Positions 33,760 through 46,600 of a DNA stretch of 64,000 bases are shown here, in pieces. Location: NCBI GenBank assembly GCA_019828565.1, contig JAHDYR010000017.1, forward strand, positions 259,036-323,035. The letters are read 5' to 3'. Origin of the DNA: Carpediemonas membranifera BICM. Lineage: Eukaryota > Protista > Fornicata. Made by a program: the position numbers and the translations under genes. Positions within the stretch are counted from its first letter, which is position 1. Every line of letters starts with the position of its first letter. The notes under the pieces were generated by a model. That model did no database searches and was not told the DNA's origin. It worked only from the letters and a program-made list of their open reading frames with translations.

Positions 33760-36700
33760 GTGTTTGACGCGGATGAAGCGTCTCATTCGGAGTTGGAGAA
33801 CGAAGTCTACGAGATCGAGGACATCATACTCGACAAGGACCCGGTGAAGGTCCCGGCTGTTATCAACGGCCAGCACATGAACGTCAAGTTCGACATCGGC
33901 GCTTGCACGTCGGTCATATCAGCCCCTGCCCTCGCAGCGATCCCCGACGTGACCCTGATACCGACCTCAGTCGAACTTCTCGGCGCTGGGGACGATATCA
34001 TCTCCACTGGCAAAGCCGCCAAGGTCTCGCTGACCCTCCCCAGTGTCGACGGAAAGACCGTGACCACCACTGCGTTGCTCATGGTCACGAAGGGCCAGAG
34101 GAAGAAGGTCCTCATTGGACGCGATTTGCTCCGCCGCCTCGGCTTCCTGCTGAACGACCGGCTACTAATACCGTCCGCTGACCCGATCGATGACGACGAC
34201 GGCCTGGGACAGCACCCCTACCTCGACTCGACAACAGAAGAAGTCGACCCCGAGGAAGAGTGGCGCAAGGTTAAGCTGCCGACCGAAGAGAACCCGGAGC
34301 TGGCTGCCTGGCTGACCGACTTCCTTCGCGAGCGCAAGGCCGTGTTTGGCCCTCTACCTCCGGATGGCAGCAGGATGCCGCCACACGAGATCGTCGTCGA
34401 TCCAAGCCGCCCTACACCCAGGGCCCGACCCAGGCCGTTGAAGGGTGACCCGGGAAACTCAGCCCTCGCGGAGATCGACAAGATGCTCAACCAGGGCGTG
34501 ATCCGAGAGAGTCAAAGTCCGCACTCTAGCCCGCACGTCATGGAAAAGAAGAAGAGCGGCGAAGACCGCTTCTGCATCGCTTACAACGTCTTGAACAACG
34601 CCACCATCGACGACCTGTACCCCACGCCGGACATCCGATCGTTTGTACACGAGGCGAGCGGATGCTCCGTGTTCGCGGCGCTCGACCTGCGCAGCGGATA
34701 CTGGCAGCAGAACATGGCAACCGATAGCATCCCGCTCACCGCATTCACCGTCCCGGGCGGGCATTACGAGTTCTTACGTACACCATTCGGGCTGAAGAAC
34801 GCCCCAGCAAAGTTCCAGCGAGCCATGGACGAGATGCTCGCTGGTATCGACGGTTCGAGAGCCTATATCGACGATATCTTTGCGTACGCCCGCTCCATTC
34901 AGGATTTCAAGTCGACCCTCACCCAGATCTTCGACCAGTTGGAAGCTTACGATATCAAACTCCGCGCCGACAAGTGTGCCATTGGCATGAAGGAGGTTGA
35001 AGTCTGTGGGTTTATAGTCAACGAGTCTGGCAGGTCGGTTTCCCCCTCACGTATCGCAGCCATCCAGGACCTCACACCCCCAACGACGACAACGGAGCTG
35101 CGCCGCACGCTAGGCAAGTTCAACTATCTGTCAAACTATATCCCACACCTCGCCCACGCATCAGCCCCGCTCAACGCCCTCCTAAAGGGATCGCCGCAGA
35201 AGTCGGCCCCCCTCGATTGGACTGCCACTGAGGACGAAGCATTCGCCCGTATGAAGACCCTAGTAGCCGAGCACACCGCCCTCGCGCTCCCAGACCTGAG
35301 TGCAAAGTGGACTCTCGAGACCGACGCATCGTCGACCGCCATCGGTGGTGTACTGTGGCAGGGCGAGGGTGACGAGAAGGTCCCACTCGCCTTCTACAGC
35401 AAGACCCTCGACGAGACCCAGCAACGGTGGTCCACGGTGGAACAGGAGCTTTTCGCCATTGTCTATTGTGTAACGCGACCAGAGTTTTCCCCCCTCTTCA
35501 AGCTGAAGCCGTTCGAGCTTCGCACGGACCATCGTAATCTGATATGGCTACTCAGGAAGACAGACGAGGACGGCACTAAGAAACTGACACGATGGCGACT
35601 CACCATGACAGAGTATCCGTATAACGTCACACACATAGCTGGAGCGCAGAACCTCGTAGCCGACGCACTGTCGCGGCCATCATCTCAGCGCAAGAACGAG
35701 GTGCGCCGCTCGATCGACCACGTCACCACGACGCGCCAAGAGCAGATCACCAGGGCGCACGCCGGTGCACAGGGCCACGTCGGCCCAGACCAGACCATCG
35801 CCAATCTGGAAGCAGTCCGGTGTCACGTGGCCAGGCATGTCGGATGACGTCCGCGCGACCTTACGCCAGTGTCCAATCTGTCGCAAGACAAAGCCAGCCC
35901 GCAAGGAGCCGATCAAGTGGCACTCTACTCAGCGCATCCGCCCATTCGAGACGGTGCAGGTGGACACCATTGGCCCTTTGCCCGAGAGAGACGGTCTCAA
36001 GTACGTCATCACGGTGGTGGACGTGTTCTCGAAGTTCACCATATTGAAGCCCACACGGTCAACGAGCGCAGCCGAGGCAGCAGCCGCATTGCTGGAGATC
36101 TGGGCGACTTTCGGCGTCCCGGCCGAGCTCCAGTCTGACCAAGGTACACAGTTCAGGAATGCCCTAGTCGAGGAGATGAACGAGCGACTGAGCCTCAAGC
36201 ACCGGTTCAGTACGGCATATCATCCGGCCAGCAACGGCGTAGTCGAACGCCTGAATGGTACCGTCATGAGACGCTTAAGAGCGCTCCTGCTGGACGCCCG
36301 CGACGACAACTGGCCCGCATACCTGCCCATCGCCCAGCACGTTATCAACGCCACCCGCCACTCCACCACAGGCCTCAGCCCCTTCGAACTATTGTTCGGA
36401 CGCAAGTCAACCATGCTGCGCGTCGCGCCCGACGCCCTGACCAACGCAACCCAGATGCTCGAGCCGGGCTCAGTCGAAGCCGACGACATCGTCCGCTTCC
36501 AGGCCCACGTCACGTCGCTCCAACAACTTGCCGCGATCAAGGTCAAAGCCTACGAGGTAAACAAGGCTGCAGGCTCCTCGGACAGCACACGGGCCTGGGA
36601 GAACGAAACCTACGTCCTGCTGAGATACCCGGGCAAGCCGCCGACCAAGCTACTCCCGCCTCTGCGCGGACCGCTCCGCATGGAGGGGGAAGGGCGATCA

Positions 36701-37058
36701 CCCCAACACCTACAAGGTGATGGATCTCGTGTCGAAGTGCGTCGCCACAGTCCACGCAGACCGACTCGTCACATTCCACGCCGACGGCCTCACGGAGAAG
36801 GAGCTCGAGGAAATTGCCGCCTACGAGCAAGATGAACAACCCGTGGAGGCAGTCGTAGGCCACCGTAAGAAGAAGAACGGCTCTCTGGAGCTACTGATCC
36901 GTTGGGAAGGCCTCACCCCCGACGAGGACTCATACATCCCCTATAATCGCTACTACGACCAGCTCGAGGCTATCGACAGTTATCTCGAGCTCAATCCTGG
37001 TCTCAAGCCGATGTTTGAGAGTGCTAAGAAGAAGTTCCGCAGGAGCGGTCGCCGTTAG
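33760..37058 (+). CDS. Gypsy element 2 pol: protease, RT, RNase H, integrase, chromodomain (frameshifts near 35820 and 36690)
   Basis: FDIGA, LDLRSGYWQ, PFGLKNAP, YIDD, ETDAS, RTDHRNL, CPIC, QVDTIGP, QSDQGTQF, VERLN, LIRWEG. Confidence 0.93.
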
Positions 37059-37150
37059 TCGTGCGACACGCATTGGGAGGGAAGTGTGCCCTTAACCTGC
37101 GGAATTCGTAAAACAGTCTTTATCATATTTCTGGGCCCTAGCACGGCACA

Positions 37151-39237
37151 GGTCGCTGAGGTGGCTCGTGGTCCTTGGCGGTTCTCTGATGTCGTACCGT
37201 TCTCCCTTGATTTTCTTTCTGGCCAGGTGGGGCCAGTTAGCCATGAACAGCACAAACAGTGTCGGTGCCAGGACGCACCCTTGCTTAACTCCCCTGTTGG
37301 TTCTTTCCCATGCCTTTGCCCCCTTGACTGATATCCAGGTTTCCTTTATTGTGCCTTGAATTGCCCTGATCAAGTGCTCCTCCACCCCCATACCCTGTAG
37401 CTTATCCATGAGAATGTCCCTTGGTACCGTGTCATATGCCTTCTCGATGTCCAGAAAGATTGACGTGGTCTCACCCCCTCCTGGTGCCGCTGCACAATGT
37501 ACTGTATCTGCTGGATGACGTCCCTGTCTGACTGGAAACCAGCCTGTTCTCTTGGTATGAACCTTTTCGTTGCTGCTTCCAGACGTATCTTGAGCAATCT
37601 ACCATAGACCCTGTACAGCAGTGGTGTCAAGGATATTGGTCTATATGATTCCGGCTTGACCCTTGGCTTCCCTGTCTTGTGTATGGCCGACACTGTGGCA
37701 TACTTCCATGCTTTGGGTACGTCGCCCTCCCTGTAGACCCTGTTGATGAGCCTCGTCACTTCCCTAAGGCCTTTCTCATCCAGCTCTCTCAGCATGTCTC
37801 CAGATGTGAGGTCAGGCCCTGGTGCGGTGTCCCTCCTGATCCTTTTGATTGCGGCTTTGACCTCGCTTTCCTTGAACTCATTTCCGTCCCTGCCCCTCCA
37901 TGTCTTCCAGGTGGGTTCCCTGCCTCTGCTGACTCTAGCATACTGTTGCAAGAGGATCTCGCTGATGGCCGCCTTGTCCGTGGTTATCACTCCGTCCTTG
38001 AGGAGGCTCTCCGGCATTCCCTTGTATTGGTTGTCACACCACCACCTTCTGATGGCAGCTTCCACTGAGGCCCTTGAGGCCCTATACCCCCCTTTGCACT
38101 TCTGCTGATGTCGGCCACCCATTTGGCCCTGCGCTCTCCCCAGTATTTCTCCAGCTCCTCTTTCATCCTTTCCTTCCTGGTCCTGTTGCCTATTTCTGTC
38201 CATGGGGTTCGCTGGAGTTCGCTCCACACTCCGTTCCCGAACACTTTGTCCCTTGCCTTTGCTCCCCTGTTGTTCACTGGGTCGCCCATGCATGCTCTTA
38301 TAGTCTCTTCCCATTGGTCCGAGCTCTTGATCCTGTTCAGCTTTGAGACTGTGACTGGCCCCTCCTTCTTTTTCATGGGCCAGGTGTGCACCTCGGGTAT
38401 GGCCAGAGCCACGTCTCGCTCACTTCTGCCATAGTACCGTTGTTCCTTCCATGCTAGTGTGATTCCATTGTGTGCTGAGCCCCATACCCCGACCTTCTGA
38501 GACTCTACCACCTCAATCTCCGCCCCCTGGATTCCTGGTGTTGTCACTGCAAAGTCCGGGGTTGATGTTCCTGATGTGAGCGTCCCAGACTTGGGTATGA
38601 TGGCTTTGAGCCTGTGCTTCTCCATCATATCCTTCCACCGGGTGGATCTTTCCATCTGGCCTGGGTCGATGTTCCAGTCTCCCATAATTATGGCCTCCAT
38701 GCTCCCTTTCATGTCCATGATCTTCTGTATAGTGTCCCTGAATCCATCCTTCTCCTGCTTGCTGTGGCCGGATGGAGGGCCATACACGTTGATGACTAGT
38801 ATGTCCCTGCCGGTTCTCATTATGCTGGCTTGCACTCTTCCCGATAGGCTGTCCGTTATGCCGATGTCCCACTTTGCAGTTGCGTGTGGGCTCACTATCG
38901 TGCCGATGCCTTCCCTTGTTCCCTTCCATCTTGGCGCAGGTTCGTCATTGCCTGCTATGCCTAGTTGTCGGTTGATGCGGTGCTGACTTTTGACATCCGC
39001 CTTTCGTTTTTCGTTGGCTAAGACCAGGTCCTCTTCCGTCTCCCTCCCTGCTAGTGCGTAGTCAAGGTCCATGAAGCAATGAACCCTCGTATTCGCCGTT
39101 CTCCATGTCTCTTGTATGAGTACTGCCTCTATGTCCTTCAACCTTAGCTGAATCGCCGTTGCCATAGACGCCGTGAAGTCCTTTCCTCTTCCTATGTGTC
39201 CCTCTGTGTTCAGACTAAGTATCTTGTAGGTTACCAT
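37151..39237 (-). pseudogene. LINE C ORF2 N-terminal part: APE endonuclease and RT
   Basis: KILSLNTEG, LIQET, INVYGP, IMGDWN, PDFA, GSAH; APGPD, YRPISL, QAGF, GVKQGCVLAP. Confidence 0.9.
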
Positions 39238-39569
39238 TGCCTTTGTCCTGTTTCCTTATCCTGCGAATTCCCAGAATTTGGGAGCCCCAGCTTCCCGCTC
39301 CTCTCCTGCTATCCTTGTCCTAACAAGGGGCCTAGATGCCGGTCTCGGTGACCCTTGTCAGGCCAACCTTGTTACCACCTGGTGACCTTCCATTCTTCGG
39401 GCAGGGTACTTATGAGGGGGACGATATGACGTGACCCCCCCTTTGGCTGCCGCTACAGCCTACCGGCAGTGCATTTCAGCTAATGCCGGGCCCTGGGTGG
39501 GAGCCAGGGCTTGTGAATTATAAAGAAAATGTTGCTTGTTCCTTGAAAGAATACTGCTTTACCATGTCC

Positions 39570-42472
39570 TTACTCCTCCTCCGTGGACTCCCCACTGCCG
39601 CTGCAGCTGTCCTCGGTCTGACTCACTTGCTGTCCTTGTAGACTCTGCATTACCATGATGAACTGGGTCATCAGGCCATGGGTGAGATCTGCTTGGCCTT
39701 CTTAGCCTTCTTGTGCTTGTGCCGGGGGATCGTGGGCTTCTCCTTGCTGGGCTTAGTCGCGACGCCGGAGAGCACCAACCTTCCGTGGCCTTGCTCTTGC
39801 ATGAGTCGGGCAGCCTTGAGCGCTGAGATCTCTTGTTGCGCCTCTGCCAACTGCTTTCGGAGCCGCAGCTTCTCCGAGTCCATGCCGGTTGCCTGTCTGC
39901 TTCCAGACTCCCAGTCCGTGTCCTCTTCGTGCCTGCTTCTCTTTCCGCTGTCCGAGTCCATGATTCTACTCGTGCTGCCCTCCTTGCGCTTGAGCGTCGT
40001 GGAGGAAGAGTGATCCTTGCTGTTGTCCATGCCTCCCTCTGAGCCTCTACCGGCCCAGGTGTTCCCGCTGAACGAGCCTCTCATCTGCGTTCCCGTGTTG
40101 TCCTGTCTCTCCCTGTCGTCTCCTCCGTGGTTACGATCCGAGGTCCTGTTCATGTTACCAGCTCTGTCGCCGGTTCTGTCGTCAGCTCTGACACCAGCTC
40201 TACCGCCGGCTCCGTGTCCTACCCTTCTGTCCTCTTCCCTGTCTCCATGCTGGTCGTGATGTCCTTGATCCGCGTCCTGGCCGAAGTGCCTGCCCACCAT
40301 CCTGGTGCTAATCCGCCTCGCCTTTTCCTCCAGGCCGTTGTCGAAGAACCTACTTTGGTATGGCTGTTCGGACTTTCCGTCGATGGTGGGGACATACGTG
40401 ATGCCTGGGACATTGACTGTGTTGGCTCTGGGCTCGTCCGGGATAGCTGCCGAGACTAGTCTGGCCCCTTCCTTGCGCATGCGGCTTAGGATGGTCCCAG
40501 CCTCGCTGACCCTGACCATGCCCCCAGTCTCTCGGGATGAAGCTCGCCCCTAGGGTGATCCTACCCCTGTTCCTGGGGGCCTTGACGTTGACTATGACCT
40601 TCTCATAGTCCCTGAGGCTCTCTGCTAGGTCGTCGCAGCCCCAGACGCCTTGATGAGCCGTAGCCTCCTTCGAGGGCCACCACTCGTATAGCATGGCCAT
40701 GGTTATGATGTCCTCCTCCCTTGCTGCCCCTAGGCCCTTCCTGACGCGTACCATGCGGAGCTGGTTAGCCGTGGCTCTTTCCATGATGGTCCATAGCGGG
40801 CTTCTCTCCAGTACACCTTCGTTGTCCATGATTGTGAGGGGGGGCCAGTAAGATGCCCTTCATGCCCAACAGAACCTCCCCGAACCCGAAGCCGATGCCG
40901 AAGCGGTGTCCGTTGTCCGGGACTACGAGGATCCTGTCGCCGACTTCCCTGCTGACGTCCCTTGCGTCCCCGATCGGGTACGTGCCGAAGATCTCAAAGG
41001 TGTCCCTCCTTGTCGCGAATTCCGGGCCTCCCATGATATCCATGCCCGGCTCCGCCTTCCCGACTGCTTCCATGGTCTTGTCGAGTGCCTTACCCATGTA
41101 GTGGTAGACGTCTGGGGTGCTCATCCTCTCCTTGCATAGGGCCCTGATCCTGGCTGTGAAGACTACTGTATCCGCCAACCCACAGTGGTAGCAACCCGCG
41201 GTGTGTCTGTGGTACGGACAGACTCCCTTGGGCTCGCTCCTGTTCTGCCATCCATTTGACCATGTTGTTACTGCTTCCAGGTAGTTGGCCTTGTCGAGGT
41301 TGTCCCTGAGGTTTTGGCCAGCCTCCTCCCTTGCCGTTGTTCTCCAGGATCTCTGGTAGCTTCTTCTCGTCCACCAGCCTAGCTTGGAAGAATTCCCTGG
41401 TTCCTTGCTCCAGTCCATTTGTGGGGTTCGTGAGGAGGAAGCTTTCCATCTCCACCCCCTTTGCATACATGATTATCTTCCAACCCTCCGACCTTTCGAT
41501 CCTTGCCAGCTGAGCCGCCAGGCGGTTGGCCCAGTCCCTGAAAGTATGTATGTGCTTCTCATACTCGATCGGCGGCCGCCCCGTCCCGACCTCCACGAAG
41601 GTGGCCGGCGGCAGCCCCGTCACTGCCCATGCCGTGTACCTCGCTTGGTCCATGCTTGCTGCCGGTATGTCCTGGTAATACAGGCCATGCCCGTGTCCAA
41701 GAATGTCCCCAGTGCTGAGGTCAAAGAGTACGATCCCGCCCTCAACCGGGATGGCAGGGATCCCTGCCTTCTTGACGCCAGGGTCTGCGCACTCGAAGTC
41801 GATGGCTCCGATCACCAGTCGTTTCTCCTTGTCCTTTCTAGGCATCCTCGGCGGCTGGCTGCTGACCTTGTTTGAGTCGACCTCCCTCGTCCTGGTCGAT
41901 CTTGCCTTGGTTGGCCCCGACCATGTCCTTGTTCACTTCCAGGAGGCTGTCGTCGAGGCTTCTTCTGCCGGGCATGGTGGCCTGCTGGCGTCGTTCCTCC
42001 TTGTCCTTGACATGTTGCTCCTCGTCTCCGTCGATGACCGTGCTAGCGGACTACCTGTCCAGATCGGCATGTTCGTCCCTATTGCTGCGGACCGAGGTGG
42101 CCTTGAGCACTTCCAGCCTCACCTTCCGGAACGGCGGCTCGTTGCTAAGGGGGTCTCCTCCCCTTCGCCCAGGATATTGGTTCTGCCCTTCAGGTAGATC
42201 CCTGACTTGTTCCATGCTGCCTGCCATATGGCCGGGGCCTCCGGTGCCTGAAGCCTGAGGATGTCCCTAGCCTCCTCCATGAAGCGGCTGATGGACCATG
42301 CTGACGTGTCGCTTAGCTCTAGGATGACCCTGTACTTGCCGTCCTCTTGCTCGTAGGCCACTCTGGTGACCGGGCCTTGGTTTGCCGGATCCCATACCTT
42401 GTCGTAAGGCACGCCTTCTACGGCCTCGTCTCCATGAGCCCCTGATACCAGTATGAACGACCCTTCGGCCTA
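39570..42472 (-). CDS. LINE C ORF1 (5'-truncated, frameshifted) with Maelstrom-like domain (~41160-41820)
   Basis: IGAIDFE, IPVEGGIVLFDLSTG, VTGLPP, YAKGVEME, CPYHRHTAGCYHCGLAD. Confidence 0.82.
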
Positions 42473-43671
42473 CCCAGGTCCGCAAGGTCGTCGACAGGCG
42501 ACGCTCCTCACCGAAAGCGTTCCAGGTAGCGCTGTTCGCTGCACTTACATTCATCTCAGTCAGCCGGGGAGGCGAGATCTTCGGCCTGACGAGAGGCGAC
42601 ATCTCTTTCGATGAACAGGGCAACGCTATGCTCTGGTTCCCCCGCACCAAGACGGCCACGGGCATCCATAAGCTTATTCCTAACAGGTCATGGGACCGCT
42701 TCAACCCGGCAAGAGCCCTCAAGGCCTGGGTCCCAACTGCGACGCGACACAATTCCGACTCGATCTGGCGCATGATCGGTCCATCGGGAGGCATATCACT
42801 CACGTGTCCACTTGCAGCGTCCACCCTCCGCACATGGATCCACAGCGCCTTCGGCCAGAGCGTTTCATGGCACTCCTTCCGCAAGGGGGCAGCTACTGAG
42901 CTGGCAGTGGCCAACACAAACACGGAGGTCCTCCTTTCAATGGGCACGTGGTCATCTACGAAGAGCATGCTGAGGTACATGGGTAACGGGGTACGCACCC
43001 ATCCAGGGGTCCAGGGTCACCTGGCCTCAATTCTACTACAACCACCACTCTAAATCACGACGGGAGTCGTGGGGCAGTGACGATTAGCACGGTACCGACA
43101 TTCTTGGACGCGAACCCACGAGGGGTTGGTCGGGGGGCCCACTTGCGTGCCTGTGGGCCAACCATTGTTAGCATGTTGCCGGCGGGATATCCCCGTTGGT
43201 TAATGAAAAGAATGTCATGAGGCTAGGATAGCTAGCTGGCACCACATCAGGTGTCTGAGATTTATCACCTCGGGTGATGGGTTTTGGCGCAATGTGCAGG
43301 ATAAGGACAATGCCAGAAGAGTTGTCGCTAGCAGCGACGGCGCCAGGACCGACGCTGGTCAAGGCCAGTGTACCTGCTCGTCAGGTAAGGCGAGCCAGTT
43401 CGACTTACCCAGAGAATGCCAGGTGGCGGTAAGTCCCGAATATTTACATAGCAAACCAGGGGTTTCTTGTAAATATTCTTCCCCCGTTGGAAAGACGTCG
43501 TATGTCATAAGGCTTGGTTATCAAGCATGTTAGTTGGCCATGTTATTGGCGCTACATCGTCAGTAAGGTTACCTCGGGTAACGGGCCCGGAGCGGAGGGC
43601 GATGCGATAGCCTCACTCCGGGCAAAAGGTGTTTCGCCGGTCAGGCGAGTCACGCAGTTTATGCGGACAGA

Positions 43672-46600
43672 ATGGCGCAAGGTTCGGATCCGCCGGATCC
43701 GACGGCAACACGCTTAGATAAGCTAGAAGCTTCAATCAATTCCATGTCCGAAGCCCTGAACAGGCTTGCTCCTCCGCCTCCGCCAGAGAAAGAACCTGAC
43801 GACGAAATGCTCGAAAGTTCCACCGTTGCTAGGTTCAATACCTCCGAATCGTTGGAGGAGGACACGATGGAGGACATAGATGCAACTCTGGCAGAGATGG
43901 ACACCTTCTCGGAGTTACCAAGCAAGAGACCTCTCAAGGCAGAAGCGAAGTGGCTTCAACGCGTTGTCGTGATCACTAGTGCTCTCCCAGATTCCGCGAC
44001 GAAACAACGTCTTCTTCTCGAACTACAGGCTCGTAGAATGGTCCTAGACCTCAAAGATGATAACTGGTCCGATGCCACGACCGAGCTGTTTCAGGACCTC
44101 TTCAACAGCACAGAAAGCAAGAGCAGCCGCACCATCGCTTACTGCGCAGCGAAGGCCCGCTCTAAGGGCAGGCGTAAGGACACCAGCGGTAACATGGGGG
44201 GTTTCACAAGAAGAAGAGAACATAACAACCTCTGTTCATCAATTCCCGTCGATGAACGCGAGGTGGTGGTTATGGGAAAGGCTCGGCGCCTCGGACGAGG
44301 TGGTCGGCTGGCTCCGTCACGGCGTACCTATCAAGCTAACAGGCACTCCCCCGCCACCCACGCCACAACGGCGCCTGGACCCACGGCTCACCCCAAAGCT
44401 CGACGAGATGGTCCGACTTGGCGTGATCTCACCCTGTACCAGCGGGCAACTCCGGCACAGTGCCCCGCTCTTCGCGGTTGCAAAGGGCGAGCACGATGTC
44501 CGCCCGGTACACGACCTACGCGACCTCAACGCAATCACTGCGGAGACGCGGGTCTTCCGGCTCTTCGGCCTAAAACGAGCAGTGCGCAACCTCAAGCGCA
44601 ACGACTTCATGCTCAAGATCGACTTAGCCTCCGGCTACCACCAGATGGGTGTGGCTCCGACCGACTCCACGCTACTGGGGATCGTCCTCCCGAACGGGCA
44701 GGCGTACAGATACAACACACTAGGGTTCGGCTGGACCGCTGCCCCGTTCGTGTTCCAGTCTACGTCCATCCAGCTAGCAAAGATACTCGCGAACCGCTTC
44801 AACGTGACAATAGCGGTGTACCTCGACGACTTTCTCATCTCACATCGGTCACGTCGCCACCTAGCAGACGCCGCTCCCCAAATAGTCGCGCTCATGAGGT
44901 CGCTGGGAGCTATCCCAGGGCTCAACAAGTGCATCCTAACTCCCACACAACGCCTGGAGTACCTAGGAGTCACCATCAACACAGCCGCCGAGACACTGCA
45001 GATTTCCAAGGACAGAGCCGATCGCTATGCAACATCAATCGAGCAGGCCCTCAGGGCCGGCAGGATCGATGCAACCGAGTGGCAACGCCTACTAGGCCGC
45101 CTCTCGTTCTTCGCAAGTACGACACAGTTCGCCAGGCTCCAGCTCAGATCACTCCAGGCCCTACATCCCGCCCCGACGCTTCACATCTCGCAGCAGATGC
45201 GTCGCCAGCTCAACAGCTGGCTAGCGCTGCTCAGAGATCGTCCATCCAGACCCTTCGCTCAGGCCAGGGCAGACTGGGAGATCAAGGACGAACTCCAGCT
45301 CTCGGTCGCATCCGACGCGTCCTCCTTCGCGTGGGGCGCCTGCCTATTCAACGGCGACCAGGGCCGCTCGGCTCAAGGCCGCTTTCCTCCCGAGTTCCGA
45401 GACTCTCATATCGGAGTCAAGGAGCTCTACGCGATTGGCCAGGCTATCAAGCTCACCCCAACCCAGCGCACCAGGACCCAACTAGCTATCTTTTCGGACA
45501 ACACCGCGGCCATCGCATGGGTCAACCGCCAGGGCTCCCCATGTCTCGCCGACACGGCCATTCGACTCCTGCAGGATATCTTCACCACGGCGAACACGAA
45601 GAATGTCGATATTCACTGCTTCCATATCGCAGGGCACCTCAATGTCCAGGCGGACCGGCTGTCGAGATTCGCAAAGCTCGATTGGCACTCACCCCGCGAG
45701 GTACTCGAGACGATAATGGCCAAGTGGGGTCCGGCGGAGATAGACGTCACTGCATCTCCGGACAAGAAGCTCGCACTGCCAGGATTCGTCAGGAAAGCTT
45801 GGTCCCTCGACGATCACGGCTTCCAGCGCTCCTGGACCGGCGCCAGGATCTATCTGGCTCCGCCGACAGCGCTTTTGGGAGCGGCACATCGTCGTCTGGA
45901 GAAGATTCGGACGCCTCAGACCCCGACTACGTCCCCTCGGACGTGGAGGTCAGCGGCAATACTCCTCTTCCCCGATCTCAACTCACCCGAAGTCAGAGCG
46001 CTGAAACGGCTGTCCCAACACAAGATGTATCTCAGAGTCCACTCCTCGCACATGCTCAACACGGAGCTATCCTGGACCGAGAGGCAAGGAAAGATCAGAA
46101 TGATTGCGATGATCGTCAAGACCCGTTCGACGAACTCCTCCGCCACGACAGGCTATCTCACTTCCGAAACGAGTCATCGCGCCGCTCAGCGGCTGGCTGG
46201 GTCTCTAAGTTCGTCCTATCGCGACAGGCAGCCCTCTCCGACGCCGAACAACTCAGAGCATTCCTCCTCGCCGAGGGCGAGACCACTGGCCCGCAGAGTA
46301 TCCACAGAAAGGGCTACTGGATCTGTCAAGCGGCTCCACTCGTCTCCAACTGGCGACCTCCGCCAGAAGCCAGGCAGATCATCAAGAGTGCGGAGAACGT
46401 AGCATCTCTCGACGGCCTAACAGGAGGCGCACTACCGGTGACCAGAGCCCAGGTCCGCAAGGTCGTCGACAGGCGACGCTCCTCACCGAAAGCGTTCCAG
46501 GTAGCGCTGTTCGCTGCACTTACATTCATCTCAGTCAGCCGGGGAGGCGAGATCTTCGGCCTGACGAGAGGCGACATCTCTTTCGATGAACAGGGCAACG

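Larger units (their letters stand above)
32229..37150 (+). mobile_element. Complete chromodomain Ty3/Gypsy LTR retrotransposon with 66-bp LTRs
   Basis: Identical LTRs 32229-32294 and 37085-37150 (tgtgcc...ggcaca); 4-bp TSD ggtc (32225-32228, 37151-37154); polypurine tract gggagggaag before the 3' LTR; gag and pol present. Confidence 0.95.
21387..42472 (-). mobile_element. Non-LTR retrotransposon family C, interrupted by a DNA transposon (23413-31980) and a Gypsy element (32229-37150)
   Basis: Tail gcaccataaatt(tct)n at ~21387-21410 (-). ORF2 is continuous across both insertions (ASGKD|PMSAC; insertion shortly before LTMFVDD). ORF2 starts at 39237; ORF1 spans 39570-42472. Confidence 0.88.

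Noticed and set aside
21360-42490. TSD for LINE C
   Set aside because: The flanks (gtcgacccgg vs cccaggtcc) do not match and belong to different elements, so a deletion or rearrangement removed the original 5' junction.
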